Part shown: positions 1-10,234 of the stretch, in pieces
Position numbering within the stretch: the first letter of the stretch is position 1
How the letters are laid out: every line of letters begins with the position of its first letter
Origin: an uncultured Gemmataceae bacterium
GTDB lineage: Bacteria; Planctomycetota; Planctomycetia; Gemmatales; Gemmataceae
Length of the DNA stretch: 64,000 nucleotides
Assembly (NCBI GenBank): GCA_963750165.1
Contig: CAVVPN010000011.1
Span: 2,284,270-2,348,269 of the forward strand
Reading direction: 5' to 3'
Notes under the pieces: generated by a model
Seen by the model: only the letters and a program-made list of their open reading frames with translations
The model's database searches: none
What the model was told of the DNA's origin: nothing
Made by a program: the position numbers and the translations under genes

Positions 1-1
1 G

Positions 2-871
2 CCGCCGCCGCTGGCCCTGCGCTTCGCCCGCCGCTGCTGGCCCGGCCCGCTGACGCTGGTCCTTGACGCTACGCCCGACCGCGGCCCGGCCGCCCAGTTG
101 CCCGAGGCGGCACGCGCCCGGCTGTTCGCCGACGGCACCGTGGCCCTGTACGCGCCTGCCCACGAAGCGCCGCTGCTGCTGTTGCAGGCGCTGCCGTTCC
201 CGCTCGCCGCCGCCACGCCGCGCCTCGACGGCCAGCCGGTGACCACCGCGGCGCAGGCCCTGGCGGTGCTCGGCGACGCGGCGGCCCTGGTGCTCGACGA
301 CGGCCCCACGCAGTTCGGCCAGGCGCCGACGCGGGTGCGAGTTCGCGGCGACCGATGGGAGATCGTCGGCGACGGCGTGCTGTCGGAGGCCGTGCTACAA
401 CAGGTGGCGCCGTGCCTGATCCTGTTCGTCTGCACGGGCAACACCTGCCGCAGTCCGCTGGCGGAGGCATTGTGCCGGCGGCTGCTGGCCGAGCGGCTCG
501 GCTGTGCGGTACAGGAATTGCCTCGAAGGGGGTACGTCATCACCTCGGCGGGCCTGGCCACTGGCGGCGGAGAGCCGGCGACGTCGGAGGCAGTCGAGGT
601 CGCCCGGGAACATGGCGCCGACCTGAGTCAACACCAGAGTCAACCCCTGTCACTGGAATTGCTGGCCGCCGCCGATCACGTTATCGCCATGACGCGCGGT
701 CACCTGCGGGCGCTGACGGCCCACACGACGGACGGGGGTGGGACGCTGCGGCTGCTGATGGCGGACGGTTCGGACGTGGCGGACCCCATCGGGGGGCCCG
801 GCGAGGTGTATCGCGCCTGTGCGGAGCAGATTCGCCGGGCGCTGGTGGAGTGGCTGCCGCAAATGGGGTAG
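2..871 (+). CDS. Sua5/TsaC-like domain fused to a low-molecular-weight protein tyrosine/arginine phosphatase (5' partial)
   Basis: Frame open from base 2 reads ...RRCWPGPLTLVL (Sua5 motif). C-terminal LFVCTGNTCRSP and DVADPIGG are LMW-PTP motifs. Confidence 0.8.
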   Translation, partial: PPPLALRFARRCWPGPLTLVLDATPDRGPAAQLPEAARARLFADGTVALYAPAHEAPLLLLQALPFPLAAATPRLDGQPVTTAAQALAVLGDAAALVLDDGPTQFGQAPTRVRVRGDRWEIVGDGVLSEAVLQQVAPCLILFVCTGNTCRSPLAEALCRRLLAERLGCAVQELPRRGYVITSAGLATGGGEPATSEAVEVAREHGADLSQHQSQPLSLELLAAADHVIAMTRGHLRALTAHTTDGGGTLRLLMADGSDVADPIGGPGEVYRACAEQIRRALVEWLPQMG

Positions 872-889
872 GGGTGAGTGAGTGGAGCC

Positions 890-1369
890 ATGAACATTGC
901 AATCGGCAGCGATCACCGCGGCTTCGAGGCCAAGGCGCGCCTGACGGCGCTGCTGCGGCAACTGGGGCACGAGGTGCTGGACGTGGGGCCGCCGAGCGGC
1001 GACAGTGCGGACTACCCGGACTTCGCGTTCGCGGTGGCCGAGGCGGTCGCTGGCGGTCGGGCGGAGCGCGGCGTGTTGATCTGCGGCACCGGCATTGGCA
1101 TGTGCATCGCCGCCAACAAGGTGCCCGGTGTGCGGGCGGCGCCGTGCCACGACCCGATCACTGCCGAGATGAGCCGTCGCCACAACGACGCCAATGTGTT
1201 GTGCCTGTCAGCGGACCTGCTCGGCGACGAACTGATGGCCCGCATGATGCGCACCTGGTTGGAGACGGAGTTTGAAGGCGGCCGTCACGCCCGCCGCGTC
1301 GAGAAGATCACGCGCTATGAGGCGCAGCACCCGACGATGGGTTTCGGTCCTGGCGAGCGGACGCCATGA
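890..1369 (+). CDS. rpiB: Ribose-5-phosphate isomerase B
   Basis: IAIGSDHRG, CGTGIG, HNDANVL and FEGGRH motifs. Confidence 0.95.
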   Translation: MNIAIGSDHRGFEAKARLTALLRQLGHEVLDVGPPSGDSADYPDFAFAVAEAVAGGRAERGVLICGTGIGMCIAANKVPGVRAAPCHDPITAEMSRRHNDANVLCLSADLLGDELMARMMRTWLETEFEGGRHARRVEKITRYEAQHPTMGFGPGERTP

Positions 1370-1680
1370 AGCAATTCACCGTGGTCGTGAAGCCCTTCCG
1401 CGCCGAGGCAGTGTTGCGCACCGCCGCCGAACTGGAGGTCAGCGCCTGCGTCGTGCAGGAGGCCAAGGGCTACAGCCGCCAGAAGGGTTACCTCGACCGC
1501 TACGCCGGCAGCGAATACAGCCTGGCGTTCCTGCCCAAGGTCGAGATCACTGTCTGGGTGCGCGACGAGCGTGCCGCCCTGGTCGCGGAGCGCCTCGCCG
1601 CCGTCGCCCGCACCGGCCGCATCGGCGACGGCAAAATCTTCTGCGTCGAGGCCGCCTGGCCCGAGCCGCTGGAGTTCTAA
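1366..1680 (+). CDS. P-II family nitrogen regulatory protein
   Basis: KGYSRQKG, FLPKVEI and RTGRIGDGKIF motifs; ATGA overlap with rpiB. Confidence 0.9.
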   Translation: MKQFTVVVKPFRAEAVLRTAAELEVSACVVQEAKGYSRQKGYLDRYAGSEYSLAFLPKVEITVWVRDERAALVAERLAAVARTGRIGDGKIFCVEAAWPEPLEF

Positions 1681-1686
1681 TTGGAG

Positions 1687-1774
1687 AAAAGAGGATCCAC
1701 AGATGACACAGATAAAGACAAATTCAAATGTCTTTTGTCTGTGTTTCATCTGTGTCCTCTGTGGATCCTCTTTT
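1687..1774. repeat. AT-rich intergenic palindrome (CCACAGATGACACAGAT family)
   Basis: aaaagaggatccacagatgacacagat...atctgtgtcctctgtggatcctctttt; related copies at 7485 and 41065. Confidence 0.8.
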
Positions 1775-1811
1775 GTCTGTTCTCTGCGCTCTCCGCGTTC
1801 TCCGCGGTGAA

Positions 1812-2927
1812 TTATCCGGGCGGCCCCGTGGTCTGGCCGGTGCGCAGCGTGTGCGGACACAACTGGTGCTCCGGCCCCCGGCCCGCCAGCGCCTGCAGCA
1901 GCAGCCGCACTGCTGTCCGGCCGATCTCGCTCCAGTCGGCCTGATGGCAGGTCAGGCCCGGCACCTCCTCGCCGCCGCCGCCCAGCACGCTCACGTCCCC
2001 CGGCACCCGCAAGTCCTGCCGCCGCAGTTCGGTGATGACCAGGCTGGCGAGCGTGTTGTTGAAGCAATACAGGGCGCTCGGCCGCGGCGCCAGCTCCAGA
2101 AATTGCCGCACCGCCCGCTCCGCGCCGGCTGGCGTCAGTTCGACCGACAGTTCCCACGCCCGGCGGCACGACAGTTTCGCGTCGCGCAGCCCCTGACGGT
2201 AGCCCTGCAAACGCCACGGGTTCAACTCCTCCTGCCGCCAGTTGACGAACGCCACGCGGCGGTGCCCCAACTCGGCCAGGTAACGCACCGCCGTCCGGGC
2301 CGCCGCGAAGGAGTCGTCGCGCACGGAGGGAATGCGGCTTAGCTGCAAATCATGGTCGAGCAGGACGGTCGGCAACCCCAGACCATCCGTGCGTCGCAGC
2401 AGTTTTTCCTCGCCGTAGTGGGCGAAGACGACGCCGCGCAGCCGTTGCTCCTGCTGCACCTGCCGCAGCGCCTGGCCGATCTGCGTGTACGCGGCGTGTT
2501 GCACGACCAGGCGAAAACCGTTCCGACTCGCCTCCTCCAGCGCCCCCTGCAACATCAGGGCGCTGACCAGGCGCGTCACCGCCTCCTCCTGGCCCGGCTC
2601 ACTCGGGTAGCCGGCCTGCAGGTAGGCCAGACAGGTCGAAGCCGTCGGCTCGATGCGGTCAGGCAACTGCGGCGGTCGCACAAACGTACCCTTGCGGCGA
2701 ATCTTGACGAGCAGCCCCTCGCCCTGAAGGTTCTCGGCGGCCAGGCGGACGGTTTCGCGGCTGACGCCGAGCTGCTTGGCCAGCTCCACCTCGGTCGGCA
2801 GCCGGCCGTCGGGGAACTGCCCGGCGGCGATGGCCTGCCGCAACATTTGTTCGACGTGCGCAGTCAGGCTCGGCGGCCGCGCCAGCCGGCCAAACTCCTG
2901 CGCCCGGTCCTGTGGGGACGAGGACAT
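1812..2927 (-). CDS. GntR HTH + LacI-type sugar-binding transcriptional regulator
   Basis: LPTEVELAKQLGVSRETVR HTH followed by a periplasmic-binding-protein-like domain (YLAELGHRRVAF). Confidence 0.9.
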   Translation of the reverse strand: MSSSPQDRAQEFGRLARPPSLTAHVEQMLRQAIAAGQFPDGRLPTEVELAKQLGVSRETVRLAAENLQGEGLLVKIRRKGTFVRPPQLPDRIEPTASTCLAYLQAGYPSEPGQEEAVTRLVSALMLQGALEEASRNGFRLVVQHAAYTQIGQALRQVQQEQRLRGVVFAHYGEEKLLRRTDGLGLPTVLLDHDLQLSRIPSVRDDSFAAARTAVRYLAELGHRRVAFVNWRQEELNPWRLQGYRQGLRDAKLSCRRAWELSVELTPAGAERAVRQFLELAPRPSALYCFNNTLASLVITELRRQDLRVPGDVSVLGGGGEEVPGLTCHQADWSEIGRTAVRLLLQALAGRGPEHQLCPHTLRTGQTTGPPG

Positions 2928-3130
2928 GGTTGGAGCCCCGGAGCGCCCAGTTACGTTTCGCGCGGGCAGCAGTCCGCGCGAAACTGGAAACGGGGCGCGG
3001 GAACGGTTGCGTTTCGTGAATAATGACAAATTTACAATCCCCTTGTCTTATCCGCAAGTGCTGGCATTGCCATCGGGGAGTGGGTACGATTGCAATTGTC
3101 CAACCCACCCTCCCCCCCGAGGAGAGCGCC

Positions 3131-4738
3131 ATGCCCTCCCCCCGCACCCCCGCCGCGGCGTGCCTGATCGCGATAACGCTGGTTCTGCTGGCCTGCGCCA
3201 CTCCTGCGTGCGCTGGCGACAAGCCGTTGCGCCAGGCGATCGACACGGAAGTCCGCGCCGCCTGGCAGCGCGAGAAGGTCACGCCCGCCGCCCGCAGTTC
3301 CGATAGCGCCTTCCTGCGCCGCCTCTACCTCGACCTGCTGGGCGTCGTCCCGACGCTGGAGGAGACGCAGAAATTCCTGGCCGACGCGAGCACGAAGAAG
3401 CGTGAACAACTGATCGACCGCCTTCTGCAAGACCCGCGCTTCGCCGCCGCCCAGGCGGATGTGCTGGACCTGGTGCTGTTCGGCCGCCATCCGGGCGGCG
3501 GCGACCAGACACGGCGGCGCGACGGCTTCAAGAAATGGCTCGCCGGTCAGATTGCGAAGGACGTGCCGTATGACCGCCTGGTGCGCACGCTGCTGACGGC
3601 GGACCAGGACGGCTCGGAGTTGTTTTACGTGCAGTTCCGCAACCAACCGGCGGACGCGACGGTCGCGGTCACGCGCATCTTCCTGGGCACGCAGTTGCAG
3701 TGCGCCCGCTGCCATGACCACCCCTACGAGAGTTGGACGCAGAAAGACTTCTACGGCATGGCTGGTTTTTTCGTCCGCCTCGTGGTGCTGGACGCCGGCG
3801 CGAAGAAGTTCCGCATCGCCGAGAAGAGCACTGGCGAAGTGCTGTTCACCGGTTCCGTGAAGGACCAGAAGCCGGGCCAGAAGGGCGAACCGGTCAAGGC
3901 TCGCTTTCTCGGCGGCGCCGAACTGGCCGAGCCGCCGGTGCCGAAGGGCTTCAAGGAACCGGTCTTCAAGGGCAACCAGGCCCCGCCGCCGCCGCGGTTC
4001 TCGCGCAAGGAGAAACTGGCCGCGTGGTTGACCGCCCCGGAGAATCCGTACTTCGCCCGTGCCGCCGCCAACCGCGTCTGGGCGCAGTTCCTCGGCCGCG
4101 GCCTCGTCCATCCCGTCGATGACCTGAGCAAGAAGAACAACGCCAGCCATCCCGCCCTGCTCGACGCGCTGACCAAACACCTGATCGCCAGCAAGTTCGA
4201 TCTGAAGAGCCTCATCCGCGAACTGGTGAACAGCGAGACGTATCAACTCGCCGGCACCGGGCCGAGCACCGAGGCGCTGCCGCGCTGGTTCGAGCGAGCG
4301 CGAGTGCGGCCGCTGACGGCGGAGGAGTTGCTGGCGTCGCTGCGAGCCGCAACCGCTTTTCCGAAGGACGGCTTCAAGGGCTCCGGCGAGCCGACCGAGT
4401 ATTTCCTGCGTTACTTCGGCGAGCCGAACGACGGTCAGGGGAATTTTCAGGGCAGCCTGCAGGAACACCTGTTCCTGAACAACGCGCCGTTCATCCGCAC
4501 GTTCGCCCAGCAGCGCAAGGGCAACCTCACGGACCAGATCCTCGGCATGAAGGCGGCGACCTGGGAGCAGAAGGTGGATCGACTGTTTTTGAGCGTGCTG
4601 TGTCGGCTGCCCAGCGCTGCGGAGCGGCAGCGTTTCGTGCAGCATTTCGGCGGCGGCCTCGCTGCCATGACGCCCGCGCTCGTCGAGGAGGCGGTGTGGG
4701 TGCTGGTGAGCTGCTCGGAGTTTCGGTTTAATCATTGA
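3131..4738 (+). CDS. DUF1549/DUF1553 planctomycete protein
   Basis: FLRRLYLDLLG, QCARCHDHP and NRVWAQFLGRGLV motifs; signal peptide. Confidence 0.9.
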   Translation: MPSPRTPAAACLIAITLVLLACATPACAGDKPLRQAIDTEVRAAWQREKVTPAARSSDSAFLRRLYLDLLGVVPTLEETQKFLADASTKKREQLIDRLLQDPRFAAAQADVLDLVLFGRHPGGGDQTRRRDGFKKWLAGQIAKDVPYDRLVRTLLTADQDGSELFYVQFRNQPADATVAVTRIFLGTQLQCARCHDHPYESWTQKDFYGMAGFFVRLVVLDAGAKKFRIAEKSTGEVLFTGSVKDQKPGQKGEPVKARFLGGAELAEPPVPKGFKEPVFKGNQAPPPPRFSRKEKLAAWLTAPENPYFARAAANRVWAQFLGRGLVHPVDDLSKKNNASHPALLDALTKHLIASKFDLKSLIRELVNSETYQLAGTGPSTEALPRWFERARVRPLTAEELLASLRAATAFPKDGFKGSGEPTEYFLRYFGEPNDGQGNFQGSLQEHLFLNNAPFIRTFAQQRKGNLTDQILGMKAATWEQKVDRLFLSVLCRLPSAAERQRFVQHFGGGLAAMTPALVEEAVWVLVSCSEFRFNH

Positions 4739-4750
4739 AAGTTGGATGCC

Positions 4751-4826
4751 GGCGAGCGGGGTCGCGTCAGCGCCCCGTGGGACGCCACAAGGGACGCCAC
4801 GGGGCGCTGACGCGACCCCGCTCGCC
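4751..4826. repeat. REP-like palindrome (GGCGAGCGG...CCGCTCGCC family)
   Basis: Long near-perfect inverted repeat; relatives at 8767, 25436 and 35862. Confidence 0.8.
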
Positions 4827-4841
4827 GAAGAGAACCCAACC

Positions 4842-6110
4842 ATGACCACGAACACCGGGTCCGAACACCTGAGCCGACGGGCGTTCCTCAAGGGCGTCCT
4901 GGGCACCGCGGGCGGCGCCGCCGTCGCCAACTGGGGCGGCCTGGCCCACTCGCAGACCGCCGCGCAGACCGCCGTGCGCCGCAACAAGCGCTGCATCCTG
5001 CTGTGGATGAACGGCGGCGCCAGCCAGCTGGACACCTTTGACATGAAGCCCGGCCGGCCCACCGGCGGCCCCTTCCGGCCGATCGCGACCAACGTCCCCG
5101 GCATTCAGATTTGCGAATATTTGCCGTTGTTGTCGCGCATGACCGACAAGCTGGCGGTCATCCGCAGCATGCGCACGCACTCGCCGGACCACCCGGACGG
5201 CATCTACCACATGCATACCTGCTACCGCATGGCCGAGCGAGTGCCGCACCCCGAACTCGGGGCCATGATCGCGCGCTACAACGGCCATCCGGACGCGGAC
5301 CTGCCGAGCTTCGTGCGCATCGGGCCGTGCGGCAACGCCGGCGCCGGCTACCTCGGGCCGCGCTACGAGCCGTTCGCCATCGGCCGCGATGGCCGGCTGC
5401 CGTACTTCAGCGAACCCACCGGCACGCCCCAGGCGCAGCAGCGCCGCGGTGAACTGCTCAACTTCATGGAGGGTCAGTTCGCCCAGGATCACCGGGCGAC
5501 GCCGTTTGAGGCGCACCGGCTGGCGGAGGCGCGGGCGCACCGGCTGATGCGAGCGCGGCGCGTGTTCGACACGACCGGCGACTGGCCGGCGGCCCGCGAC
5601 CGTTACGGCAATACCGCGTTCGGCCGGCACTGCTTTTTGGCCCGCAAACTGGTCGAGGCGGGCGTGCCGTTCGTCGAGGTCGGCCAGGACAACTACGACA
5701 GCCACGCCGACAACTTCGTCTGCCACCGCGGCAACATGGACGTGCTCGACCCGGCCTGGACCGCTCTGTTGCAAGATTTGCAGGACCGCCGGCTGCTCGA
5801 CGACACGCTGGTGGTGTGGATGGGCGAGGTGGGCCGGACGCCATACATCAACAACCGCGCTGGCCGCGATCACTACATCCGCGCCTGGACAATCGTGCTG
5901 GCTGGCGGCGGTGTCCGCGGCGGTCAGGTGTATGGCGCCACCGACGCGGACGGCCGTGATGTGCGCGACCAGCCGGTGAGCGAGGGCGATTTGTTCGCCA
6001 CGATTTACACGGCGCTGGGCATCAACCCGCGCGTTCGCCACACGCTCGGCACGCGGCCGATCTGGGCGACGCCGGAGGGTTCGACACCGCTGCGGGCGCT
6101 GCTCGGCTGA
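4842..6110 (+). CDS. DUF1501 family protein (Tat signal)
   Basis: SRRAFLK Tat motif, WMNGGASQLDTFDMKP, GEVGRTP. Confidence 0.9.
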   Translation: MTTNTGSEHLSRRAFLKGVLGTAGGAAVANWGGLAHSQTAAQTAVRRNKRCILLWMNGGASQLDTFDMKPGRPTGGPFRPIATNVPGIQICEYLPLLSRMTDKLAVIRSMRTHSPDHPDGIYHMHTCYRMAERVPHPELGAMIARYNGHPDADLPSFVRIGPCGNAGAGYLGPRYEPFAIGRDGRLPYFSEPTGTPQAQQRRGELLNFMEGQFAQDHRATPFEAHRLAEARAHRLMRARRVFDTTGDWPAARDRYGNTAFGRHCFLARKLVEAGVPFVEVGQDNYDSHADNFVCHRGNMDVLDPAWTALLQDLQDRRLLDDTLVVWMGEVGRTPYINNRAGRDHYIRAWTIVLAGGGVRGGQVYGATDADGRDVRDQPVSEGDLFATIYTALGINPRVRHTLGTRPIWATPEGSTPLRALLG

Positions 6111-6282
6111 TGCCAGCGCTGGCCCCGCGCTGGCGCTCGGGCTCGGATCGGAACCATGTGAAGACCTCTCCCATGCCGGGATCAGGCCGGGGTGGGGTAA
6201 GGGGGGCAGTGTCGCGGCTCGCGGCACCTCCCCACCCTGGCCGAACCCGGATGTTTTAAACCCCTTGCCAGGTGACAGAACC

Positions 6283-7467
6283 ATGTCGCGGCACCCGCTC
6301 GTTCAACATCGACGCACCCTCCTGGCGCTGGCCGTACTGGCGGCCCTCGTCCCCATGACCAGCGCCCGCGCCCAACCGGCCGGCCCCGACAAGGCGGCCC
6401 TGGCCTGGACGCTGCCCTGGGACGCCGACTGGGTGACGGCGGTCGCTTTCCTGGGCAACCACCGCATCGCGGCCGGCAACAACCTGGGCCAGATCCTCGT
6501 CTGGGAGTTGCCTGATAAAACCGGCGGTCCTGCCCCAGCGCCGAAGTGGCGGCTGCACGGCCACGACAACACCGTCAACCGCCTGGTCGCGACGCCGGCC
6601 GGCCGCTGGCTGATCTCCGCGAGCAACGACCACACCATCCGCTACTGGGACTTGCAGGCCCCGCCCAGCCGCACCGAATCGGTGGTGCTCAACGCCCGCG
6701 CCCGGGACGAGGCCGTGGCCCGCAAGCGCAAGGTGCCGCCGCCGGTCGAAGTCAAGGTGTCGGTCATTGAGGCGGCCCGGGTGCTCAAGGGCCACAAGGA
6801 CTGGGTGCTCGGCCTGAGCCTGACGCCGGACGGCAAGACCCTGGTCAGCGGCGACGACAAGGGTGTGGTCATCGTCTGGGATCGGCCCGCGGCGAAGGAG
6901 CTGCGGCGCTGGCAGGTCAAGGGTTGGGTCTGGGCCCTGGCTGTGGCGCCCGACGCGCAAACGCTGGCGGTGTCCGAGCGCGTCCACCTCGTCTTCGACT
7001 CCGGCCGGCACGCCGGATTGAAGCTGTGGGACCCGCAGACGGGCAAGGTGAAACTGGACCTCGGCAAGCTGTTCGACAAGCAATTCATCGCCGCAGCGGC
7101 GTTCGCGCCGGACGGCAAAACGCTGGCGGTGTGTCGCGGCGGCGAGGTCGATGGTCAGAACGGCAAGGCGTCACTGGTCGATCCGGCCACCGGCAAGAAG
7201 CTCCGCGACCTGACGCCCGGCCACCTCAACGGCGCCACGGACGTGCTCTTCTCGCCGGACGGCCAGTACCTGTATTCCAGCGGCCGTGACACGACGGTGC
7301 GCGTCTGGCGCGTGGCCGACGGCAAGCTGGTCAAGGAACTGGGCCGGCCGCGCGGCGGTCAGTTCAAGGACTGGATTCACGCCGTGGCCGTGACGCCGGA
7401 CGGCCGCTGGCTGGCCGCCGCCGACATGGCCGGGCAAGTGCAGATCTACGCGCTGCGGGGCAAATGA
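6283..7467 (+). CDS. WD40 repeat protein
   Basis: Repeated GH...WD units; N-terminal signal peptide. Confidence 0.9.
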   Translation: MSRHPLVQHRRTLLALAVLAALVPMTSARAQPAGPDKAALAWTLPWDADWVTAVAFLGNHRIAAGNNLGQILVWELPDKTGGPAPAPKWRLHGHDNTVNRLVATPAGRWLISASNDHTIRYWDLQAPPSRTESVVLNARARDEAVARKRKVPPPVEVKVSVIEAARVLKGHKDWVLGLSLTPDGKTLVSGDDKGVVIVWDRPAAKELRRWQVKGWVWALAVAPDAQTLAVSERVHLVFDSGRHAGLKLWDPQTGKVKLDLGKLFDKQFIAAAAFAPDGKTLAVCRGGEVDGQNGKASLVDPATGKKLRDLTPGHLNGATDVLFSPDGQYLYSSGRDTTVRVWRVADGKLVKELGRPRGGQFKDWIHAVAVTPDGRWLAAADMAGQVQIYALRGK

Positions 7468-7484
7468 CGGCTCAATAAATTGAC

Positions 7485-7560
7485 CCACAGATGACACAGA
7501 TGTCACAGATAAAGACCAATTTCTTTTTGTCTTTATCCGTGTCATCTGTGTCATCTGTGG
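7485..7560. repeat. AT-rich intergenic palindrome (CCACAGATGACACAGAT family)
   Basis: ccacagatgacacagatg...catctgtgtcatctgtgg between convergent genes. Confidence 0.8.
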
Positions 7561-7561
7561 A

Positions 7562-7987
7562 TCACTTCTTCCTCATATCGGAGACGCGCTTGAAGGTGAG
7601 CATGCGGCCGACCGGGTTCTGACGGGGGATGTCGAAGGTCGTCTGCCGATTGTTGTCGCCGTTCCAGAAGCAAATGACCAAGGTGTCGGCGTCAAAGCGG
7701 TAGATGCCCTTTTCGTGGTTGATGTCGAGGCGTGACGGCATCGCATTCGGATCGATGATGATCGCGTACGGGCCGGTCTCCGCACTGCCGCCCTTGCCGA
7801 TCCACGACACCTTGTCGCCCCGGATGATGAGCGTCCAGCCGGTGTCGTTGGGGTTGAGTCCGCCCTGGTTCTGGGAGCGGACGCACAGCCAGTGGCCATC
7901 CAGCTGGGGCGTCCGTCTCTGCTGGGAATCGACGCCGGCCGGCAGGGCCAGCGCGACCACGGCTACGGTCAGGAATATCGTTCGCAT
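7562..7987 (-). CDS. TIGR03067-like planctomycete domain protein
   Basis: Signal peptide, LDGHW, IDP...KGIYRFDADTLVICF. Confidence 0.75.
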   Translation of the reverse strand: MRTIFLTVAVVALALPAGVDSQQRRTPQLDGHWLCVRSQNQGGLNPNDTGWTLIIRGDKVSWIGKGGSAETGPYAIIIDPNAMPSRLDINHEKGIYRFDADTLVICFWNGDNNRQTTFDIPRQNPVGRMLTFKRVSDMRKK

Positions 7988-8085
7988 GGGTTCCTCCGAT
8001 CCTGCCTGTCGTAGAATAAACTTTGGACGATTCTCGCACGAATTCCCAACTGGTTCAAGAGTCTGCTTTTCGACCGCAGTTGCTC

Positions 8086-8655
8086 ATGCCGATGACGCAC
8101 CTGGAAGCTCTGGAAGTGCTGGCCGTCCACCGCGACCGCCACGTCGTCCTCACCACGCACGGCTCCATTGACCTGTGGACCGCGTTGTCGGACACGCCGC
8201 TGGACCTCGCCTACGTCCCGGCGTCGATGGGCCAGGCTCCGGGCCTGGGGCTGGGTCTGGCGCTGGCGCGGCCGGGTCTGGGCGTCGTGGTGGTCTGCGG
8301 CGACGGCCATCTGCTCATGAACCTCGGCTGCCTGGTCACGCTGGCCAGCCATCCGGCCGACGTGTATTTGCTGGTCGTGGACAACGGCGTCTATGAAGTG
8401 ACCGGCGGCCAGCCGACCCCCGGCTCCGGCCGCACCGACTTCGCCGGCCTGGCGCGGGCGGCGGGCGTTCGGCGCGTGTATGCCTTCGATGCCCTGACAG
8501 CCTGGCAGCGGGGCGCCGCCGAGGCGCTGACCGGGCGGGGGCCGGTGGTGGTCTGGCTGCGCGTGGCACCGCGGCCAGGTCAACGCGCGCCCACCACGGC
8601 GCGGCCAATGGCCGAGCAACTGGCCCGACTGCGGCAGGCGCTGGGGACTGGCTGA
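8086..8655 (+). CDS. Thiamine-pyrophosphate-binding protein (sulfopyruvate/phosphonopyruvate decarboxylase beta-like)
   Basis: SMG, GDGHLLMNLG...DNG TPP-binding motif, TGGQPT. Confidence 0.8.
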   Translation: MPMTHLEALEVLAVHRDRHVVLTTHGSIDLWTALSDTPLDLAYVPASMGQAPGLGLGLALARPGLGVVVVCGDGHLLMNLGCLVTLASHPADVYLLVVDNGVYEVTGGQPTPGSGRTDFAGLARAAGVRRVYAFDALTAWQRGAAEALTGRGPVVVWLRVAPRPGQRAPTTARPMAEQLARLRQALGTG

Positions 8656-8766
8656 AGCGCTTGCTCCGTTGATGATGGCCAGTCAGCAGTCGGTTTCCCG
8701 CATTCTCCCCGATCAAACTCTCTCGTAACGGCATCCTTGCCGAGTTAAACTCAATGTCACTCTCCG

Positions 8767-8833
8767 GGCGAGCGGCGCGGCGTCAGCCCGCCGGTCCAGG
8801 CGCTACCGGCGGGCTGACGCCGCGCCGCTCGCC
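8767..8833. repeat. REP-like palindrome (GGCGAGCGG family)
   Basis: ggcgagcggcgcggcgtcagcccgccggt...accggcgggctgacgccgcgccgctcgcc. Confidence 0.8.
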
Positions 8834-8859
8834 AAGACATGAGCCACGCTGGGATCAGT

Positions 8860-9693
8860 ATGAAGCAGTATCTGGACCTGTTGCGACACGTGCTGGAGCG
8901 CGGGGTGCGCAAACCCACCCGTGCCAAACTCCTCTCGACCGGGGAGAACATTGACGCCCTGAGCGTCTTTGGCTATCAGATGCGCTTCGACCTGAACGAG
9001 GGGTTTCCGGCGGTCACGACCAAGAAGCTCGCGTTCAACGCCGTCGTTCACGAACTGCTCTGGTTCCTGAGTGGTTCGACCCGGGTCGCGGACTTGCGGA
9101 AACACAACGTCACCATCTGGGATGAATGGGAAAACGCGAACGGCGACGCCGGCCCGATTTATGGCAAACAGTGGCGCACCTGGGAGGCGCCGGACGGAAA
9201 GCAGATCGACCAGATCGCTTATTTGCTGGAGGGCATCCAGGCGGTCAAGCAGGATCCCACCGCCGCGGCAGGTCGCCGTCTGGTGATCTCGGCCTGGAAC
9301 CCGGCTGACCTCCAGGCGATGTCCGTACCGGCCTGCCATACTCTTTGTCAATTCCTGCTCACGGAGGGCCGGTTGTCCTGCCAGCTCTACCAGCGCTCGG
9401 CGGATTCGTTCCTGGGCGTGCCGTTCAACATCGCGAGCTACGCCCTGCTGACGCACCTGGTCGCGCACGTCAGCGGCGTAGGGGTCGGTGATTACATCCA
9501 CACCTTCGGAGATGTGCATATCTATACCAATCACCTGGAGCAGGTTGAGGAGCAGTTGCGGCGCCAGCCTTACCCGTTGCCGCGGCTGTGGATTGACCCT
9601 GCGATCAACGATCTGGACCATCTCGAGCGCCGACAAATCGCCTTGCTCGACTACCGACACCACCCGGCCCTGACCGGGGAGGTTGCGGTTTAG
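8860..9693 (+). CDS. thyA: Thymidylate synthase
   Basis: HELLWFL, PACH, YQRSADSFLGVPFNIASY, GDVHIY. Confidence 0.97.
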   Translation: MKQYLDLLRHVLERGVRKPTRAKLLSTGENIDALSVFGYQMRFDLNEGFPAVTTKKLAFNAVVHELLWFLSGSTRVADLRKHNVTIWDEWENANGDAGPIYGKQWRTWEAPDGKQIDQIAYLLEGIQAVKQDPTAAAGRRLVISAWNPADLQAMSVPACHTLCQFLLTEGRLSCQLYQRSADSFLGVPFNIASYALLTHLVAHVSGVGVGDYIHTFGDVHIYTNHLEQVEEQLRRQPYPLPRLWIDPAINDLDHLERRQIALLDYRHHPALTGEVAV

Positions 9694-9702
9694 GGATGCC
9701 GC

Positions 9703-10221
9703 ATGCTCGTTTCCATCATTGCCGCAATGGACCGCCGCGGGCTGATCGGTACTGAGGCTGGCCTGCCCTGGCAGCTGCCCCAGGACCTCCGGCGCTTCCG
9801 GGCGCTCACCTGGGGCAAGCCGGTCATCATGGGCCGCAGGACATTCGAGTCGATCGGCAGGCTGCTCCCGGGGCGTCTCAACATCATCCTCACCCAGCAG
9901 CCCGAGTATCACGTCCCGGGTGGTCGCATCGCCCGCACCCTTCAGGAAGCCCTGGCCATCGCCGCCGACTACCTCACCGGGGCAGGCGGCGACGAGGCCA
10001 TGATCATCGGTGGCGGCCGGGTCTACGCGCAAGCCATTCCTCACTGCGACCGCTGTTACCTCACGATCGTCGCGGGGCACTTCCAGGGCAGCACCTATTT
10101 CCCCCTTGAAGCGTTGCTGCGGCAGCGCTGGCGATTGGTCTGCGAGCCGGAAACACACCCCGCCGATGCGCAGAACCCGCACCCGCACTCCTTCTACTAC
10201 ATCGAACGCATCACGGATTGA
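9703..10221 (+). CDS. folA: Dihydrofolate reductase
   Basis: LPWQLPQDL, VIMGRRTFESI, IIGGG; adjacent to thyA. Confidence 0.95.
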   Translation: MLVSIIAAMDRRGLIGTEAGLPWQLPQDLRRFRALTWGKPVIMGRRTFESIGRLLPGRLNIILTQQPEYHVPGGRIARTLQEALAIAADYLTGAGGDEAMIIGGGRVYAQAIPHCDRCYLTIVAGHFQGSTYFPLEALLRQRWRLVCEPETHPADAQNPHPHSFYYIERITD

Positions 10222-10234
10222 AGATAGTTTGACT

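Noticed and set aside
6176..6250. GC-rich hairpin between the DUF1501 and WD40 genes as a tRNA or riboswitch
   Set aside because: A single hairpin with no recognisable family motif or U-tract.
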